Origin: Actinomycetes bacterium
Lineage (GTDB): Bacteria > Actinomycetota > Actinomycetes > Streptosporangiales > Streptosporangiaceae
NCBI GenBank assembly: GCA_021792405.1
Contig: JAJYUU010000001.1
Location: 21,590 to 85,589 of the forward strand
DNA length: 64,000 nucleotides
Direction of reading: 5' to 3'
Below the pieces are notes generated by a model, which searched no databases, was not told the DNA's origin, and was given only the letters and a program-made list of their open reading frames with translations. The position numbers and the translations under genes are program-made. Positions 52,836-62,531 of this stretch are shown piece by piece. Every line of letters starts with the position of its first letter. Position 1 is the stretch's first letter.

Positions 52836-54485
52836 ATGTCATCCGGGGTAACTCCCCGCGACCACGACGAACCCGGCGTCAGCCCGCCCGGGCGAGCGGA
52901 GCCGGTGGCTGGCCGCCGGCCGCGGTCGCCGTCGGCGCAGGACCTGACCACAGGCCTGCGGGCAAGCTGGCACCGCCAGGGCACGCTGGCGAAAGCCGGC
53001 TACCTGATCGCCACGCTGGTCGCCGTCGTCGCCGTGCTTGCGAGTATCGGCGCCTTCGCGCTGTACCGGCAGCTTGACGGCGGCATTACCAAGGTCGCCG
53101 TGGGCGACCTGAGCGGCCGGGCTGTCTACGGCGCACAGAACATCCTGGTACTCGGCTCCCAGGAGCGCCTGGGCCAGCACGGCAACTTCGGCTACGAGGC
53201 GTATCCGGGCACGACGAACTCTGACAACCTGCTGCTTATCCACCTCGACGCCACGCACACCCACGCGATCGTGCTGTCTATTCCGAGGGACCTGTTCGTC
53301 TACCAGCCCGCGTGCAGAGAGCGGAGTTACGTCGGCAGCGGCACCTGGCCGGTACAGACCTATCCGCCCGGGGCGATCATCGACGGCGCGCTGAACATCG
53401 GCGGCCCGACCTGCGCCGTGCGAACGGTCGAGGACCTGACCGGCATCAAGCTGGATCATTTCGTCGAGTTCGACTTCAACTCCTTCCGCACCATGGTGGA
53501 CAGCCTCGGCGGCGTCGAGGTGTGCGTCCCGCCAGGTCCCGGCTATCACGACCGCTACTCGCACCTGAACCTCAGCCCCGGCAAGCACCTGCTCAAGTAC
53601 AACCAGGCGCTGGCCTACGTGCGGACGCGGCACGGTGTCGGCAGCGGCGCCAACGCCGGCGGCGACCTGCCCCGGATCCAGCTGCAGCAAGCGTTCATCT
53701 CCTCGGTGGTGCAGAAGGTTCAGTCGCAAGGCGTGCTGACCAACTTGCCGGCGCTGTACAGCATCGCGCGAACGGCCACTCAGGCACTCACTGTGGACGC
53801 CGGCCTGGGCTCGGCTACCTCGCTCATGAGCCTGGCCGAGTCACTGACGCACCTGCAGCCCAGGAACGTGAGCCTGATCACCTTGCCGACCGCCGTGGAC
53901 ACCTATCCCGGCCTTCAGTCGCACCTGATGGCCGTCCAGCCGCAAGACGACGTGCTCTACCAGATGGTCAGGACTGGCCAGGTCTGGCATGGCCATCTGC
54001 CGGTTCTGCCGTACCAGGACGTCAAGGTGCAGGTGCTGAACGGCACCGGCCGGGCCGGGCTCGCCGCACAGGCGGCAGCCAGGCTGCGCCTGCTCGGCTT
54101 CGACGTGACCAACGTCGGCAACGCGGCGGCGACCGGCACGACCACAGTGGACTACGCGGGCCTGGACCAGGCCGACGGCGCGTACACGCTGATGACCGCG
54201 CTCAAGTCATTCCCGGCCGGGCAGAACACGCTGGCCGAGCCCGCCTGGCAGGTCGGCACGCCGGGCACGGTGACGCTGACCCTGGGCACCGACTTCGCGG
54301 GCGTGAACCCGCCCGCGGCCGCAGTCTCGCACCGGGCCAGGCACGGCAGGAACGCCGGGAAGACAGGCAGGCCGCGGGTGAGCCGGGCGGTCAGGAACGG
54401 ACCCGGCGCGGTTCAGTCGCGCAACGCCGCCGCGAGCATCTGCTCCGGGCTGCCGCCCGCCTACAATCCTGGTGCGAACGGCTAG
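52836..54485 (+). CDS. LCP (LytR-CpsA-Psr) family cell-wall glycopolymer transferase with C-terminal LytR_C domain
   Basis: N-terminal TM (GYLIATLVAVVAVLASIGAFALY). LCP core NILVLGSQER...NSDNLLLIHLD...IPRDL...ALAYVRTRHG. The LytR_C-like block is VKVQVLNGTGRAGLAAQAAARLRLLGFDV. Confidence 0.88.
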   Translation: MSSGVTPRDHDEPGVSPPGRAEPVAGRRPRSPSAQDLTTGLRASWHRQGTLAKAGYLIATLVAVVAVLASIGAFALYRQLDGGITKVAVGDLSGRAVYGAQNILVLGSQERLGQHGNFGYEAYPGTTNSDNLLLIHLDATHTHAIVLSIPRDLFVYQPACRERSYVGSGTWPVQTYPPGAIIDGALNIGGPTCAVRTVEDLTGIKLDHFVEFDFNSFRTMVDSLGGVEVCVPPGPGYHDRYSHLNLSPGKHLLKYNQALAYVRTRHGVGSGANAGGDLPRIQLQQAFISSVVQKVQSQGVLTNLPALYSIARTATQALTVDAGLGSATSLMSLAESLTHLQPRNVSLITLPTAVDTYPGLQSHLMAVQPQDDVLYQMVRTGQVWHGHLPVLPYQDVKVQVLNGTGRAGLAAQAAARLRLLGFDVTNVGNAAATGTTTVDYAGLDQADGAYTLMTALKSFPAGQNTLAEPAWQVGTPGTVTLTLGTDFAGVNPPAAAVSHRARHGRNAGKTGRPRVSRAVRNGPGAVQSRNAAASICSGLPPAYNPGANG

Positions 54486-54503
54486 CGGTGCCCGCCAGCC
54501 CGG

Positions 54504-55877
54504 TCAGTGCAGCACGGCGGTAATCGCCGCGGCAAGCGCCGCCGGCACGTCCGGGACGAGCAGGTGCTGGCCACCCGCCACGACGTCCCGGCCACCGACG
54601 ACCAGGTGCCGCATGTCGGCGGCCGACGCGCCGAAGATGACCGACTCGAGCGCCGTGGCCATGGTCGTGCCGGCGGTCCGCGGCGAGTCGAGCGCTACCG
54701 TACAGAAGTCGGCGAGCCCGCCCGCGACCAGGTCGCCCGCCTCGGGCCAGCCGAGGCTGGCGTGCCCGGAGCTGGTCGCCGCGGTGGCGAGCTCGACGGC
54801 GGTGAAGCAGCCTCGTTCCTGCGATGCGAGGCGCTCGCCAAGCTCGACCCGGCGCGCCTCCTCCAGGATGTCGACGACGGCCTGGCTGTCGCTGCCTAGC
54901 GTGAGCGGAGTGCCGGCGCTGGCCAGTTCCCTGGCCGGGCCGATGCCGTCGGCCAGGTCAGCTTCGGTCGTCGGGCACATGCACACATGCACCCTGCCCC
55001 CGGCGAGCAGGGCGACATCAGTGCCTGCCAGGTGGGTTGCGTGCACCGCGGTGCTGCGCGGGCCGAGCGCGCCGGCCCCGGACAGCACCTCCGCGGGAGT
55101 CGCCCGGTACGCGGCAAGGCACGCCCGGTTCTCCGCCACCTGCTCGGAAACGTGCGCGTGCAGCGGGGCACCGTAGCGATGTGACCACGCGACGACCTCG
55201 GCCATCTGCCCAGGCGGTACGGCGCGGACCGAATGGATGGCGGCGCCCGTTCGGGCGTGCGGAGTCAGGCGGCCCACGGCGTCCTGGCCGAGCGCGTCAG
55301 CCCTGGCCGCCCAGGCCGCTCCGTCGGCGTCCCCGAAGCGCAGCTGCGCGCCGGCCAGTGGTTGCGGCCGGCCATCAGCCGACAAGCCCCCAGACAGGTA
55401 ACAGGCATCAAGCAGGGTGATCCGGATGCCGGCCCGGCTGGCGCCCTCGATCAGCGCCCGGCCCATCTGGTTGGGGTCGGAGTATGGCGTTCCGCCGCTG
55501 CCGTGATGCAGGTAGTGGAACTCGCCGACGCAGCTGATCCCGGCCAGCGCCATTTCGGCATAGACGGCGGTAGCGAGCGCCAGGTAGCTATCTGGGTCGA
55601 GGCGGTCAGCCACCTCGTACATTCGCTCGCGCCACGTCCAGAACGTGCCGCGCGACGCCTGCGTCACGCCGCGGAGCGCCCGGTGGAACGCGTGCGAGTG
55701 CGCGTTGGCCAGGCCCGGCAGTGTCAGCCCGCGAAGGCGGGTGGCGGCTGGTGGCGGCTGGGCGTCGGGCGTCACGCCAGTCAGCCGGTCACCCGCCGCC
55801 TCGATCAGCACATCGGAACGCAGCCCGAAGTCCGGCGACCAGGCCAGCTCGGCCAGCCATGCGCGCGTGGCGGTCAC
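54504..55877 (-). CDS. hutF: Formimidoylglutamate deiminase
   Basis: 457 aa amidohydrolase-fold protein ([27 protein letters not shown]). Its size and its context downstream of hutU fit HutF. Its start overlaps the preceding gene's stop by 4 nt. Confidence 0.85.
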   Translation of the reverse strand: MTATRAWLAELAWSPDFGLRSDVLIEAAGDRLTGVTPDAQPPPAATRLRGLTLPGLANAHSHAFHRALRGVTQASRGTFWTWRERMYEVADRLDPDSYLALATAVYAEMALAGISCVGEFHYLHHGSGGTPYSDPNQMGRALIEGASRAGIRITLLDACYLSGGLSADGRPQPLAGAQLRFGDADGAAWAARADALGQDAVGRLTPHARTGAAIHSVRAVPPGQMAEVVAWSHRYGAPLHAHVSEQVAENRACLAAYRATPAEVLSGAGALGPRSTAVHATHLAGTDVALLAGGRVHVCMCPTTEADLADGIGPARELASAGTPLTLGSDSQAVVDILEEARRVELGERLASQERGCFTAVELATAATSSGHASLGWPEAGDLVAGGLADFCTVALDSPRTAGTTMATALESVIFGASAADMRHLVVGGRDVVAGGQHLLVPDVPAALAAAITAVLH

Positions 55878-57088
55878 TGCGCCGCCAGGTCAGCGAGCAC
55901 CGCGGCCAGGGCCGCTACCCCGGTTTCGCAGTCGGCCATCTCGGCATGTTCGGCAGGTGAGTGCGACACGCCGCTGGGATTACGCACGAACAGCATGCCT
56001 GCCGGGATCCGCGCGGCGAGCACGCCGGCGTCGTGTCCCGCCCCGGTCGGCACCAGCGGCGCGGCAATCCCGGCGGCGGCCAGGACGGCGGCCAGCCGAT
56101 CACGCAGCCCGCGGTCGAAGCTCACGGGCGGCGTGACCGATTCGCGGTGCTGCCGGACGGCAACGCCGTGCTGGCCGGCCGCCGCCGCAGCCGCCGTCGA
56201 CACCTGCGACACCAGCAGGTCAAGCGTCGCCTCGTCCGGCGCTCTGGCGTCCAGCCAGGCCTGCACGCGAGAGCTGATCGCGTTTGCCGCGCCCGGCTCG
56301 GCCACTACCTTCGCGAAAGTGGCGAGGGCTCCGCAGCGCTCGGCGGAGGTGCGTGCTGCCAGCACGGTTGCGGCATAAGGAAGCATCGGATCCTGCCGGT
56401 CGGCGAGCCTTGTCGTGCCGGCATGGTCGGCGCGCCCAGCGAAGTCGAACCGCCAGCGGCCGTGCGGCCAGATTCCGTCCGCCACTCCGATAACGGCGCC
56501 GAGGTCCGCCAGCGCCTTGCCCTGCTCGATGTGCAGCTCGACGAAGGCCCCGATCCCGGCCAGCAGGTCTTCATCAGGCCCGATGCCGCTGGCGTCGCGA
56601 CCCGCCGCAGCCATCGCGTCGGCGAGCGCCACGCCGTCGCCGTCACGTAGCGCGCTCGCTGCCTCCGGCGTGATCGCGCCGGTCAGCAGCCGGCTGCCGA
56701 GGCAGGCAACCCCGAACCTGGCGCCCTCTTCCTCGGTGAACGCTGCCACGCCAATCGGCCTCGCGGGCCGGAACCCGTCGCTGCGAAGCTGGCTGACCGC
56801 GGCGAACGCGGACACCACCCCGAGCGGCCCGTCGTATGCACCGCCGTCGGGCACCGAGTCAAGGTGGCTGCCGGTGACCACCGCCTGCATCCCGCCGGGC
56901 CGTCCCCACCAGGCCCACAGGTTGCCGTTGCGATCACAGTCCGTGCGCAACCCCAGCTGAGTCGCGGTCCTGGCGAACCAGGCCCGGCATGCGGCATCGG
57001 CCGTGGTCCAGGAGTACCGCCGGTAACCGCCGGTGAACTCATCCCGGCCAACCGGCAGCAATTCGGCCCACAACTCAGCGAACGTCAA
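55874..57088 (-). CDS. M20-family Zn-dependent amidohydrolase (allantoate amidohydrolase / N-carbamoyl-L-amino-acid hydrolase-like); candidate N-formylglutamate deformylase
   Basis: GGYRRYSWT, VVTGSHLDSVPDGGAYDGPLGV and FTEEEGARFG motifs of the AmaB/AllC family. The start is probably TTG 57086-57088 (GGGAGA 6 nt upstream), since the ORF-track start 57205 overlaps hutU. Confidence 0.82.
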   Translation of the reverse strand: MTFAELWAELLPVGRDEFTGGYRRYSWTTADAACRAWFARTATQLGLRTDCDRNGNLWAWWGRPGGMQAVVTGSHLDSVPDGGAYDGPLGVVSAFAAVSQLRSDGFRPARPIGVAAFTEEEGARFGVACLGSRLLTGAITPEAASALRDGDGVALADAMAAAGRDASGIGPDEDLLAGIGAFVELHIEQGKALADLGAVIGVADGIWPHGRWRFDFAGRADHAGTTRLADRQDPMLPYAATVLAARTSAERCGALATFAKVVAEPGAANAISSRVQAWLDARAPDEATLDLLVSQVSTAAAAAAGQHGVAVRQHRESVTPPVSFDRGLRDRLAAVLAAAGIAAPLVPTGAGHDAGVLAARIPAGMLFVRNPSGVSHSPAEHAEMADCETGVAALAAVLADLAAQ

Positions 57089-57137
57089 CTGCGGTCTCCC
57101 GGTCGCAAGCGGCTGCGCCCGCGGAACGAGTGTGACA

Positions 57138-58802
57138 CTACTGCTGCATCGGCACGCGGACGCCGCGCTCAGCCGCGACTTCGACGGCCCGTCCGTAGCC
57201 TGCATCAGCGTGCCTGATCACGCCCATCCCGGGGTCGTTGGTGAGCACCCGCTCCAGCTTCTGCGCGGCCAGGTCGGTGCCGTCGGCGACACAGACCTGC
57301 CCGGCGTGGATGGATCGCCCGATGCCCACCCCGCCGCCGTGGTGGATGCTCACCCAGGAGGCCCCGGAGGAGGTGTTGACCAGCGCGTTCAACAGCGGCC
57401 AGTCAGCGATGGCATCGCTGCCGTCGGCCATCGCCTCGGTTTCCCGGTACGGCGAGGCGACCGAGCCGCAGTCCAGGTGATCACGGCCGAGCACAATGGG
57501 CGCCTGCACCTCGCCCCGCCTCACCATGTCGTTGAACCGCAGGCCGGCGACGTGCCGCTCCCCGTAACCCAGCCAGCAGATCCGCGCGGGCAGGCCCTGG
57601 AACCGCACCCTCTCCCCGGCCATCCGGATCCACCTGGAAAGGGCCTCGTTCGCCGGGAACTCCTCCAGGATGGCCGCGTCGGTGGCGGCAATGTCGGCGG
57701 GCTCGCCGGACAGCGCCGCCCACCGGAACGGGCCCTTGCCCTCGCAGAACAGCGGCCTGATGTAGGCGGGCACGAAGCCAGGGAACGCGAACGCGCGATC
57801 GTAGCCCGCGAGCTGAGCCTCGCCGCGGATGGAGTTGCCGTAGTCGAACACCTCGGCGCCGGCGTCCTGGAAGCCGACCATGGCCTGAACATGCTCGGCC
57901 ATCGAGTCCCTGGCCCTGGCGGTGAACCCGGCCGGGTCCTCGGCCCGCAGCGCGGCCATGTCCTCGAACGCGACTCCCCTGGGCAGGTAGGTCAGCGGAT
58001 CGTGCGCCGAGGTCTGGTCGGTCACCACGCTGACCGGAGCGCCCATCCGCAGCAGCCGCGGGACGAGATCGGCCGCGTTGCCGAGCAACCCGATCGACAG
58101 TGCCTCCCCGGAATCGGCCGCCGCAGTAGCCCGGCGGACCGCGTCGTCCACGTCGCTCGCCGCCACGTCGAGATAGCCGTGCTCGATCCGGCGGCTGATC
58201 CTGGACGGATCGCAGTCGATGCACAGCGCTACGCCGCCGTTCATGGTCACCGCGAGCGGCTGGGCGCCGCCCATCCCGCCAAGCCCCGCGGTGAGGGTGA
58301 TCGTGCCGGTGAGCGAACCGCCGAACCGCTTCGCCGCGACCGCCGCGAACGTCTCGTAGGTGCCTTGCAGGATGCCCTGCGTGCCGATATAGATCCATGA
58401 TCCGGCGGTCATCTGGCCGAACATGGTCAGCCCCTCGGCCTCCAGCCGCCGGAACTCCTCCCAGGTCGCCCACTGCGGCACCAGGTTCGAGTTCGCGATC
58501 AGCACCCGCGGCGCCCACTCGTGCGTCCGGAAGATGCCGACCGGCTTGCCGGACTGCACCAGCAGGGTCTCGTCCCCGGCCAGGTCACGCAGCGAGGCGA
58601 CGATGCCGTCGAATGCCTGCCAGTTGCGGGCGGCGCGACCCGAACCGCCATAGACGATCAGCTGGTCGGGGTGCTCGGCGACCTCGGGATCCAGGTTGTT
58701 CATCAGCATCCGCATGGCTGCTTCCTGCGGCCAGCCCTTGCACGTCAGGCTGCTGCCTCGGGGCGCGCGGACGGGCCTGGCGCCGGACACCTGGTCGCTC
58801 AT
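57138..58802 (-). CDS. hutU: Urocanate hydratase
   Basis: 554 aa with [55 protein letters not shown] and [12 protein letters not shown], all characteristic. Confidence 0.96.
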   Translation of the reverse strand: MSDQVSGARPVRAPRGSSLTCKGWPQEAAMRMLMNNLDPEVAEHPDQLIVYGGSGRAARNWQAFDGIVASLRDLAGDETLLVQSGKPVGIFRTHEWAPRVLIANSNLVPQWATWEEFRRLEAEGLTMFGQMTAGSWIYIGTQGILQGTYETFAAVAAKRFGGSLTGTITLTAGLGGMGGAQPLAVTMNGGVALCIDCDPSRISRRIEHGYLDVAASDVDDAVRRATAAADSGEALSIGLLGNAADLVPRLLRMGAPVSVVTDQTSAHDPLTYLPRGVAFEDMAALRAEDPAGFTARARDSMAEHVQAMVGFQDAGAEVFDYGNSIRGEAQLAGYDRAFAFPGFVPAYIRPLFCEGKGPFRWAALSGEPADIAATDAAILEEFPANEALSRWIRMAGERVRFQGLPARICWLGYGERHVAGLRFNDMVRRGEVQAPIVLGRDHLDCGSVASPYRETEAMADGSDAIADWPLLNALVNTSSGASWVSIHHGGGVGIGRSIHAGQVCVADGTDLAAQKLERVLTNDPGMGVIRHADAGYGRAVEVAAERGVRVPMQQ

Positions 58803-58866
58803 CTGGCTTCCTCCTCTGGCTGGCCACCATCATCTCACCGCAATCACTGCCGCCGGCTGGGTAGCT

Positions 58867-58928
58867 AACGGCCACCGGACTGTCAGCAGTCCGGACCGGT
58901 CCGGAATAATCGCACTCGGGTGGCCGTT
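58867..58928. other. Nested inverted-repeat structure between hutU and the VIT1 gene
   Basis: The outer arms aacggccacc (58867-76) and ggtggccgtt (58919-28) are perfectly complementary. They enclose the hairpin ccggactg-tcag-cagtccgg (58875-94). The structure lies 65-126 nt upstream of the hutU start and 150-210 nt upstream of the VIT1 start. Confidence 0.4.
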
Positions 58929-59077
58929 CTCGGTGTTTCGCGGTTTGCCTGCGTTTTTGCAGTGCCACGACCATGGCAGTGCGGCCCGATCTCACCTCAC
59001 CGACCTTGCGCAGCCCGGCACCGGCCGCCAGTGAGTGCCGTCGCCGACGCGCCAGATCCGACAGAACAGGCACACTC

Positions 59078-59887
59078 ATGACTATGGCATCCCCGAGCAA
59101 ACCACCAGTCGAGGCCGACGGCGCGGGCCAGCCGATGGCGCACGCCGGCGCGGCCGAAGCGGGCAGTCCAGCCAGCCGGGGAGCCGTAGCCGGCCCGGAG
59201 GTCAACCACCAGCACCGCGACGTGTCCGGTGGCTGGCTGCGGCCGGCCGTCTTCGGCGCGATGGACGGCCTGGTGACGAACGTGTCGCTGATTGCCGGCG
59301 TCGGCGGCGCCAGGCTCGCGCCGCACACGATCGTGCTGACCGGCCTAGCCGGACTGTCGGCCGGGGCGTTCTCCATGGCGGCGGGCGAGTACGTGTCGGT
59401 CTCGTCGCAGAACGAGCTGGTGGCAGCCGAAGTGGAGAAGGAGCGCATCGAGCTCGAAACTAACCCGGCGGACGAGCAGGCGGAACTGGCCGCCGTGTAC
59501 AAGATGCGGGGCGTCGAGCCGGCCCTCGCCGACGAAGTCGCGAGGCAGCTATCCCAGCACCCGGATCAGGTGCTGCGCATTCACGTCCGCGAGGAACTCG
59601 GCATCGACCATGACGAGCTGCCGTCACCGCTGACCGCCGCGGGTGCCTCGCTGGTCACCTTCGCCGTCGGCGCCCTGATCCCGCTGCTGCCGTTCCTGTT
59701 CGGCTTCGCCTCGCTCGGCGCGGCCGTCGTCCTCGCCGCGATCGCGGCCTTCGTCGGCGGCGGCATCGTTGCGCGCGTCACGGCCCGGCCGTTCCTTCGC
59801 GGGGCGCTGCGCCAGTTCATGCTGGCGGGGCTGGCCGCCGCGCTCACCTACGGCATCGGCACGCTGCTCGGCGGCCACATCAGCTAG
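59078..59887 (+). CDS. VIT1/CCC1-family (iron/manganese) transporter
   Basis: About 269 aa from MTMASPSKPP. It contains RPAVFGAMDGLVTNVSLIAGVGGA and AGAFSMAAGEYVSVSSQ, plus C-terminal TM helices typical of VIT1. Confidence 0.85.
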   Translation: MTMASPSKPPVEADGAGQPMAHAGAAEAGSPASRGAVAGPEVNHQHRDVSGGWLRPAVFGAMDGLVTNVSLIAGVGGARLAPHTIVLTGLAGLSAGAFSMAAGEYVSVSSQNELVAAEVEKERIELETNPADEQAELAAVYKMRGVEPALADEVARQLSQHPDQVLRIHVREELGIDHDELPSPLTAAGASLVTFAVGALIPLLPFLFGFASLGAAVVLAAIAAFVGGGIVARVTARPFLRGALRQFMLAGLAAALTYGIGTLLGGHIS

Positions 59888-59898
59888 CCGGCTCCGGC

Positions 59899-60933
59899 CT
59901 ACCACGAATCGGTCGCGAACTCCTCGCCCGCGCTGCCGTCGGTAGCTGCCAGCAGCTCCAGGTCGGCATCCACCATCATCTCGATGAGTTCCTCGAAGCC
60001 GATCTTGGGCTCCCAGCCGAGCTCGTCCCGTGCCTTGGCGGGGTCCGCGCACAGCCGGTCCACCTCGGCCGGCCGGATGAAGGCGGCGTCGGTCACCACG
60101 TGGTCGCGCCAGTTCAAGCCGGCGGCACGGAAGGCGGTGTCGACAAGTTTCTCCACGGAGTGCGTAACCCCGGTGCCGATGACGTAGTCAGCCGGAGCGT
60201 CTTGCGCCAGCATCAGGTACATGGCCCGGACGTAGTCGCCGGCGAAGCCCCAGTCCCGGCTGGCGCTCAGGTTGCCCAGCCGAAGCTGGCGCTCGTAACC
60301 CAGCTTGATCTTGGCAACCCCGAGCGAGACCTTCCTGGTCACGAACTCGGCACCGCGGCGCGGCGACTCGTGGTTGAACATGATCCCGGACACCGCGAAC
60401 ATCCCGTAGGACTCGCGGTAATTCTGCGTCAGGAAGTGGCCGTACACCTTTGCCACGCCGTACGGACTGCGCGGGTGGAACGAGGTCTGCTCGTTTTGCG
60501 GAACCTGGCTGGCCTGGCCGAACATCTCCGAGGTGGATGCCTGATAGAACCTGATCTGGCCGCTGCCCGGGCTGCGGGATGCGCTGATCCCGCTGCACAC
60601 CCTGATGGCCTCCAGTACGCGAAGCACGCCGAGTCCGGTGACCTCACCGGTGAGCTCGGCTTGCTGCCACGACAGCGGCACGTAGGAGATCGCGGCCAGG
60701 TTGTACACCTCGTCCGGCTGCACCCGCTCCACCGCCGCGATCAGGCTGCCCTGGTCCAGCAGGTCGCCGCGGATCAGCCTGACGTCACCCAGCAGCTTCC
60801 GAAGGTGGCGCACCCGCGGGTTCGCCTGACCGCGGACCAGCCCCCAGACCTCGTATCCCATGTCCACCAGATGTTCGGCCAGGTAAGAGCCGTCCTGACC
60901 GGTGATGCCGGTGATGAGCGCGCGTCGTGTCAG
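59899..60933 (-). CDS. gmd: GDP-mannose 4,6-dehydratase (apparent non-canonical CTG start)
   Basis: SDR-type dehydratase with YNLAAISYV, STSEMFG and YGVAKVYGHFLTQNYRESYG (YxxxK). The Rossmann loop LITGITGQDGSYLAEHL is encoded in-frame upstream of the first canonical start (GTG 60865-60867), so the 5' end is extended to CTG 60931-60933, which follows GGAGG. Confidence 0.88.
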   Translation of the reverse strand: MTRRALITGITGQDGSYLAEHLVDMGYEVWGLVRGQANPRVRHLRKLLGDVRLIRGDLLDQGSLIAAVERVQPDEVYNLAAISYVPLSWQQAELTGEVTGLGVLRVLEAIRVCSGISASRSPGSGQIRFYQASTSEMFGQASQVPQNEQTSFHPRSPYGVAKVYGHFLTQNYRESYGMFAVSGIMFNHESPRRGAEFVTRKVSLGVAKIKLGYERQLRLGNLSASRDWGFAGDYVRAMYLMLAQDAPADYVIGTGVTHSVEKLVDTAFRAAGLNWRDHVVTDAAFIRPAEVDRLCADPAKARDELGWEPKIGFEELIEMMVDADLELLAATDGSAGEEFATDSW

Positions 60934-61130
60934 CGGAGCCTCCGTGTGAAACCTCGTCGCGGCAGCTTAACGATGCCACGGCAGCTTAAAGATACTGACA
61001 GCACGGCTGGCAGCCCGGCAAACATGTGGGGTCAAAGGGCACGCAAGTTACTGGCTTGGTAGGGTTCGCTGACTGGCGGTCACGCGGGTCGCCCGCCCGG
61101 CCGGTGGCGAGACAGGAGGCGCGAACCTGC

Positions 61131-62531
61131 GTGGGTACCGTAGCAGCCGGCCACGTAATCGCTTCCGGCGGCCAGCCGGCCGGTAGCTCCGCTCTCCCGG
61201 GCGCGGCAGGCGACGCCCGCACCGCTGACCGGCCTGGCACGGCGTCCGTCCCAGACTCCAATAATGCGCCGCTACGGATCTGCCTGCTCTCCTACCGCAG
61301 CAAGCCGCACTGCGGCGGGCAGGGTATCTTCCTGCGCCACCTGTCCCGTGAGCTCGCCGCGCTGGGTCATCATGTCGAGGTGTACTCCGGTCAGCCGTAT
61401 CCCGAGCTTGAGCCCGGCCCGGAGCTGATCGAACTGCCGAGCCTCGACTTGTACCGCGAGGAGGATCCGTTCCGCACTCCGCACCTGCGCGAGTACCGGG
61501 ACTGGATCGACGTACTCGAGGTAGCGGGCATGTGGACGGCGTATTTTCCCGAGCCGCTGACCTTCAGCCTCCGCGCGCTCCGGGCACTGCGCGCACGATC
61601 AGGCGACTTCGACATCGTGCACGACAACCAGGTACTCGCCTATGGCAATCTCGGCATCACCCGGCTCGGCTTGCCGCTGGTGACCAGCATCCATCACCCG
61701 ATCAGCGTGGATCGCCGGATCGAGCTAGCGGCAGCCCGCGGCCTGGCGAAGATCCCGAAGTGGCGGTGGTACTCCTTCGTCGGAATGCAGGGCCGGGTCG
61801 CCAGGCGGATCGGCACGATCATGACCGGTTCACAGTCTTCCAAGGCTGACATCCTGCGCGACTTCAAGGTCAAACCGGAGGACGTCAAGGTCATCCCGCT
61901 CGGTGTGGATACCCGGCTATTTCACCCTAGGTCAGGACCGCGCGTTCCCGGCCGGATCATCGCCGTCGCCAGCGCGGACTCCCCCGTCAAAGGTGTTGCT
62001 GCGCTGCTGCGCGCGTTCGCGAAGCTGAGCACGGACCGGGACGTGTCGCTCGTCCTGGTGAGCAAGCTGGTACCGGATGGCCCGACGCAGCGGTTGCTGG
62101 GCGAGCTCTCGCTGGACGGCAAGGTCCAGTTTGTCAGCGGGATAACCGACTCCGGACTTGCCGAACTGGTCGCCAGCGCGGAGATCGCGGTGGTGCCGTC
62201 GCTGTACGAGGGATTCTCATTGCCGGCTGTCGAGCACATGGCGTCCGGCACGCCGCTGGTGGCCAGTCGCACCGGCGCGCTGCCAGAGGTAACCGGCGAC
62301 GCGGCGCTTCTGGTTACCCCCGGCGACGCCGAGGAACTCTGCGCGGCGCTGCGGCTGTTGCACGACTCCCCGGCCGAGCGCGAGCGCCTGTCGGCGGCGG
62401 CGCTGGCTAGGGTCGCGGAGCGGTTCGCATGGCAGGCCGTCGCGCGGGCGACCGTCGCTGAGTACCGGCAGGCGATCGCCGCCCGCCGGGCAAGCTTGGC
62501 ACGCGCGGGGGCCGGGGACCTGCCATGCTGA
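61131..62531 (+). CDS. GT4-family (GT-B) glycosyltransferase
   Basis: RICLLSYRSKPHCGGQGIFLRHLSRELAALGHHVEV at the start of the fold, and the C-terminal EGFSLPAVEHMASGTPLVASRTGALPEV (E-x7-E). The start is uncertain: GTG 61131 (AGGAGG 11 nt upstream) or GTG 61026 as in the ORF track. No canonical start lies closer to the conserved core. Confidence 0.85.
   Translation: MGTVAAGHVIASGGQPAGSSALPGAAGDARTADRPGTASVPDSNNAPLRICLLSYRSKPHCGGQGIFLRHLSRELAALGHHVEVYSGQPYPELEPGPELIELPSLDLYREEDPFRTPHLREYRDWIDVLEVAGMWTAYFPEPLTFSLRALRALRARSGDFDIVHDNQVLAYGNLGITRLGLPLVTSIHHPISVDRRIELAAARGLAKIPKWRWYSFVGMQGRVARRIGTIMTGSQSSKADILRDFKVKPEDVKVIPLGVDTRLFHPRSGPRVPGRIIAVASADSPVKGVAALLRAFAKLSTDRDVSLVLVSKLVPDGPTQRLLGELSLDGKVQFVSGITDSGLAELVASAEIAVVPSLYEGFSLPAVEHMASGTPLVASRTGALPEVTGDAALLVTPGDAEELCAALRLLHDSPAERERLSAAALARVAERFAWQAVARATVAEYRQAIAARRASLARAGAGDLPC

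Noticed and set aside
58853-58871. Possible IdeR/DtxR iron box (ctgggtagctaacggcc) upstream of the VIT1 transporter gene.
   Set aside because: It matches only a partial core (GGTAG-CTAAC) of the 19-bp TTAGGTTAGGCTAACCTAA consensus, with 2 bases missing and no flanking TTA/TAA. This is too weak to call.
58803-59077. Mn-sensing yybP-ykoY riboswitch upstream of the VIT1/CCC1 gene.
   Set aside because: I could not find the conserved four-helix junction sequences of that class. Only a generic nested palindrome is present, and it is reported separately.
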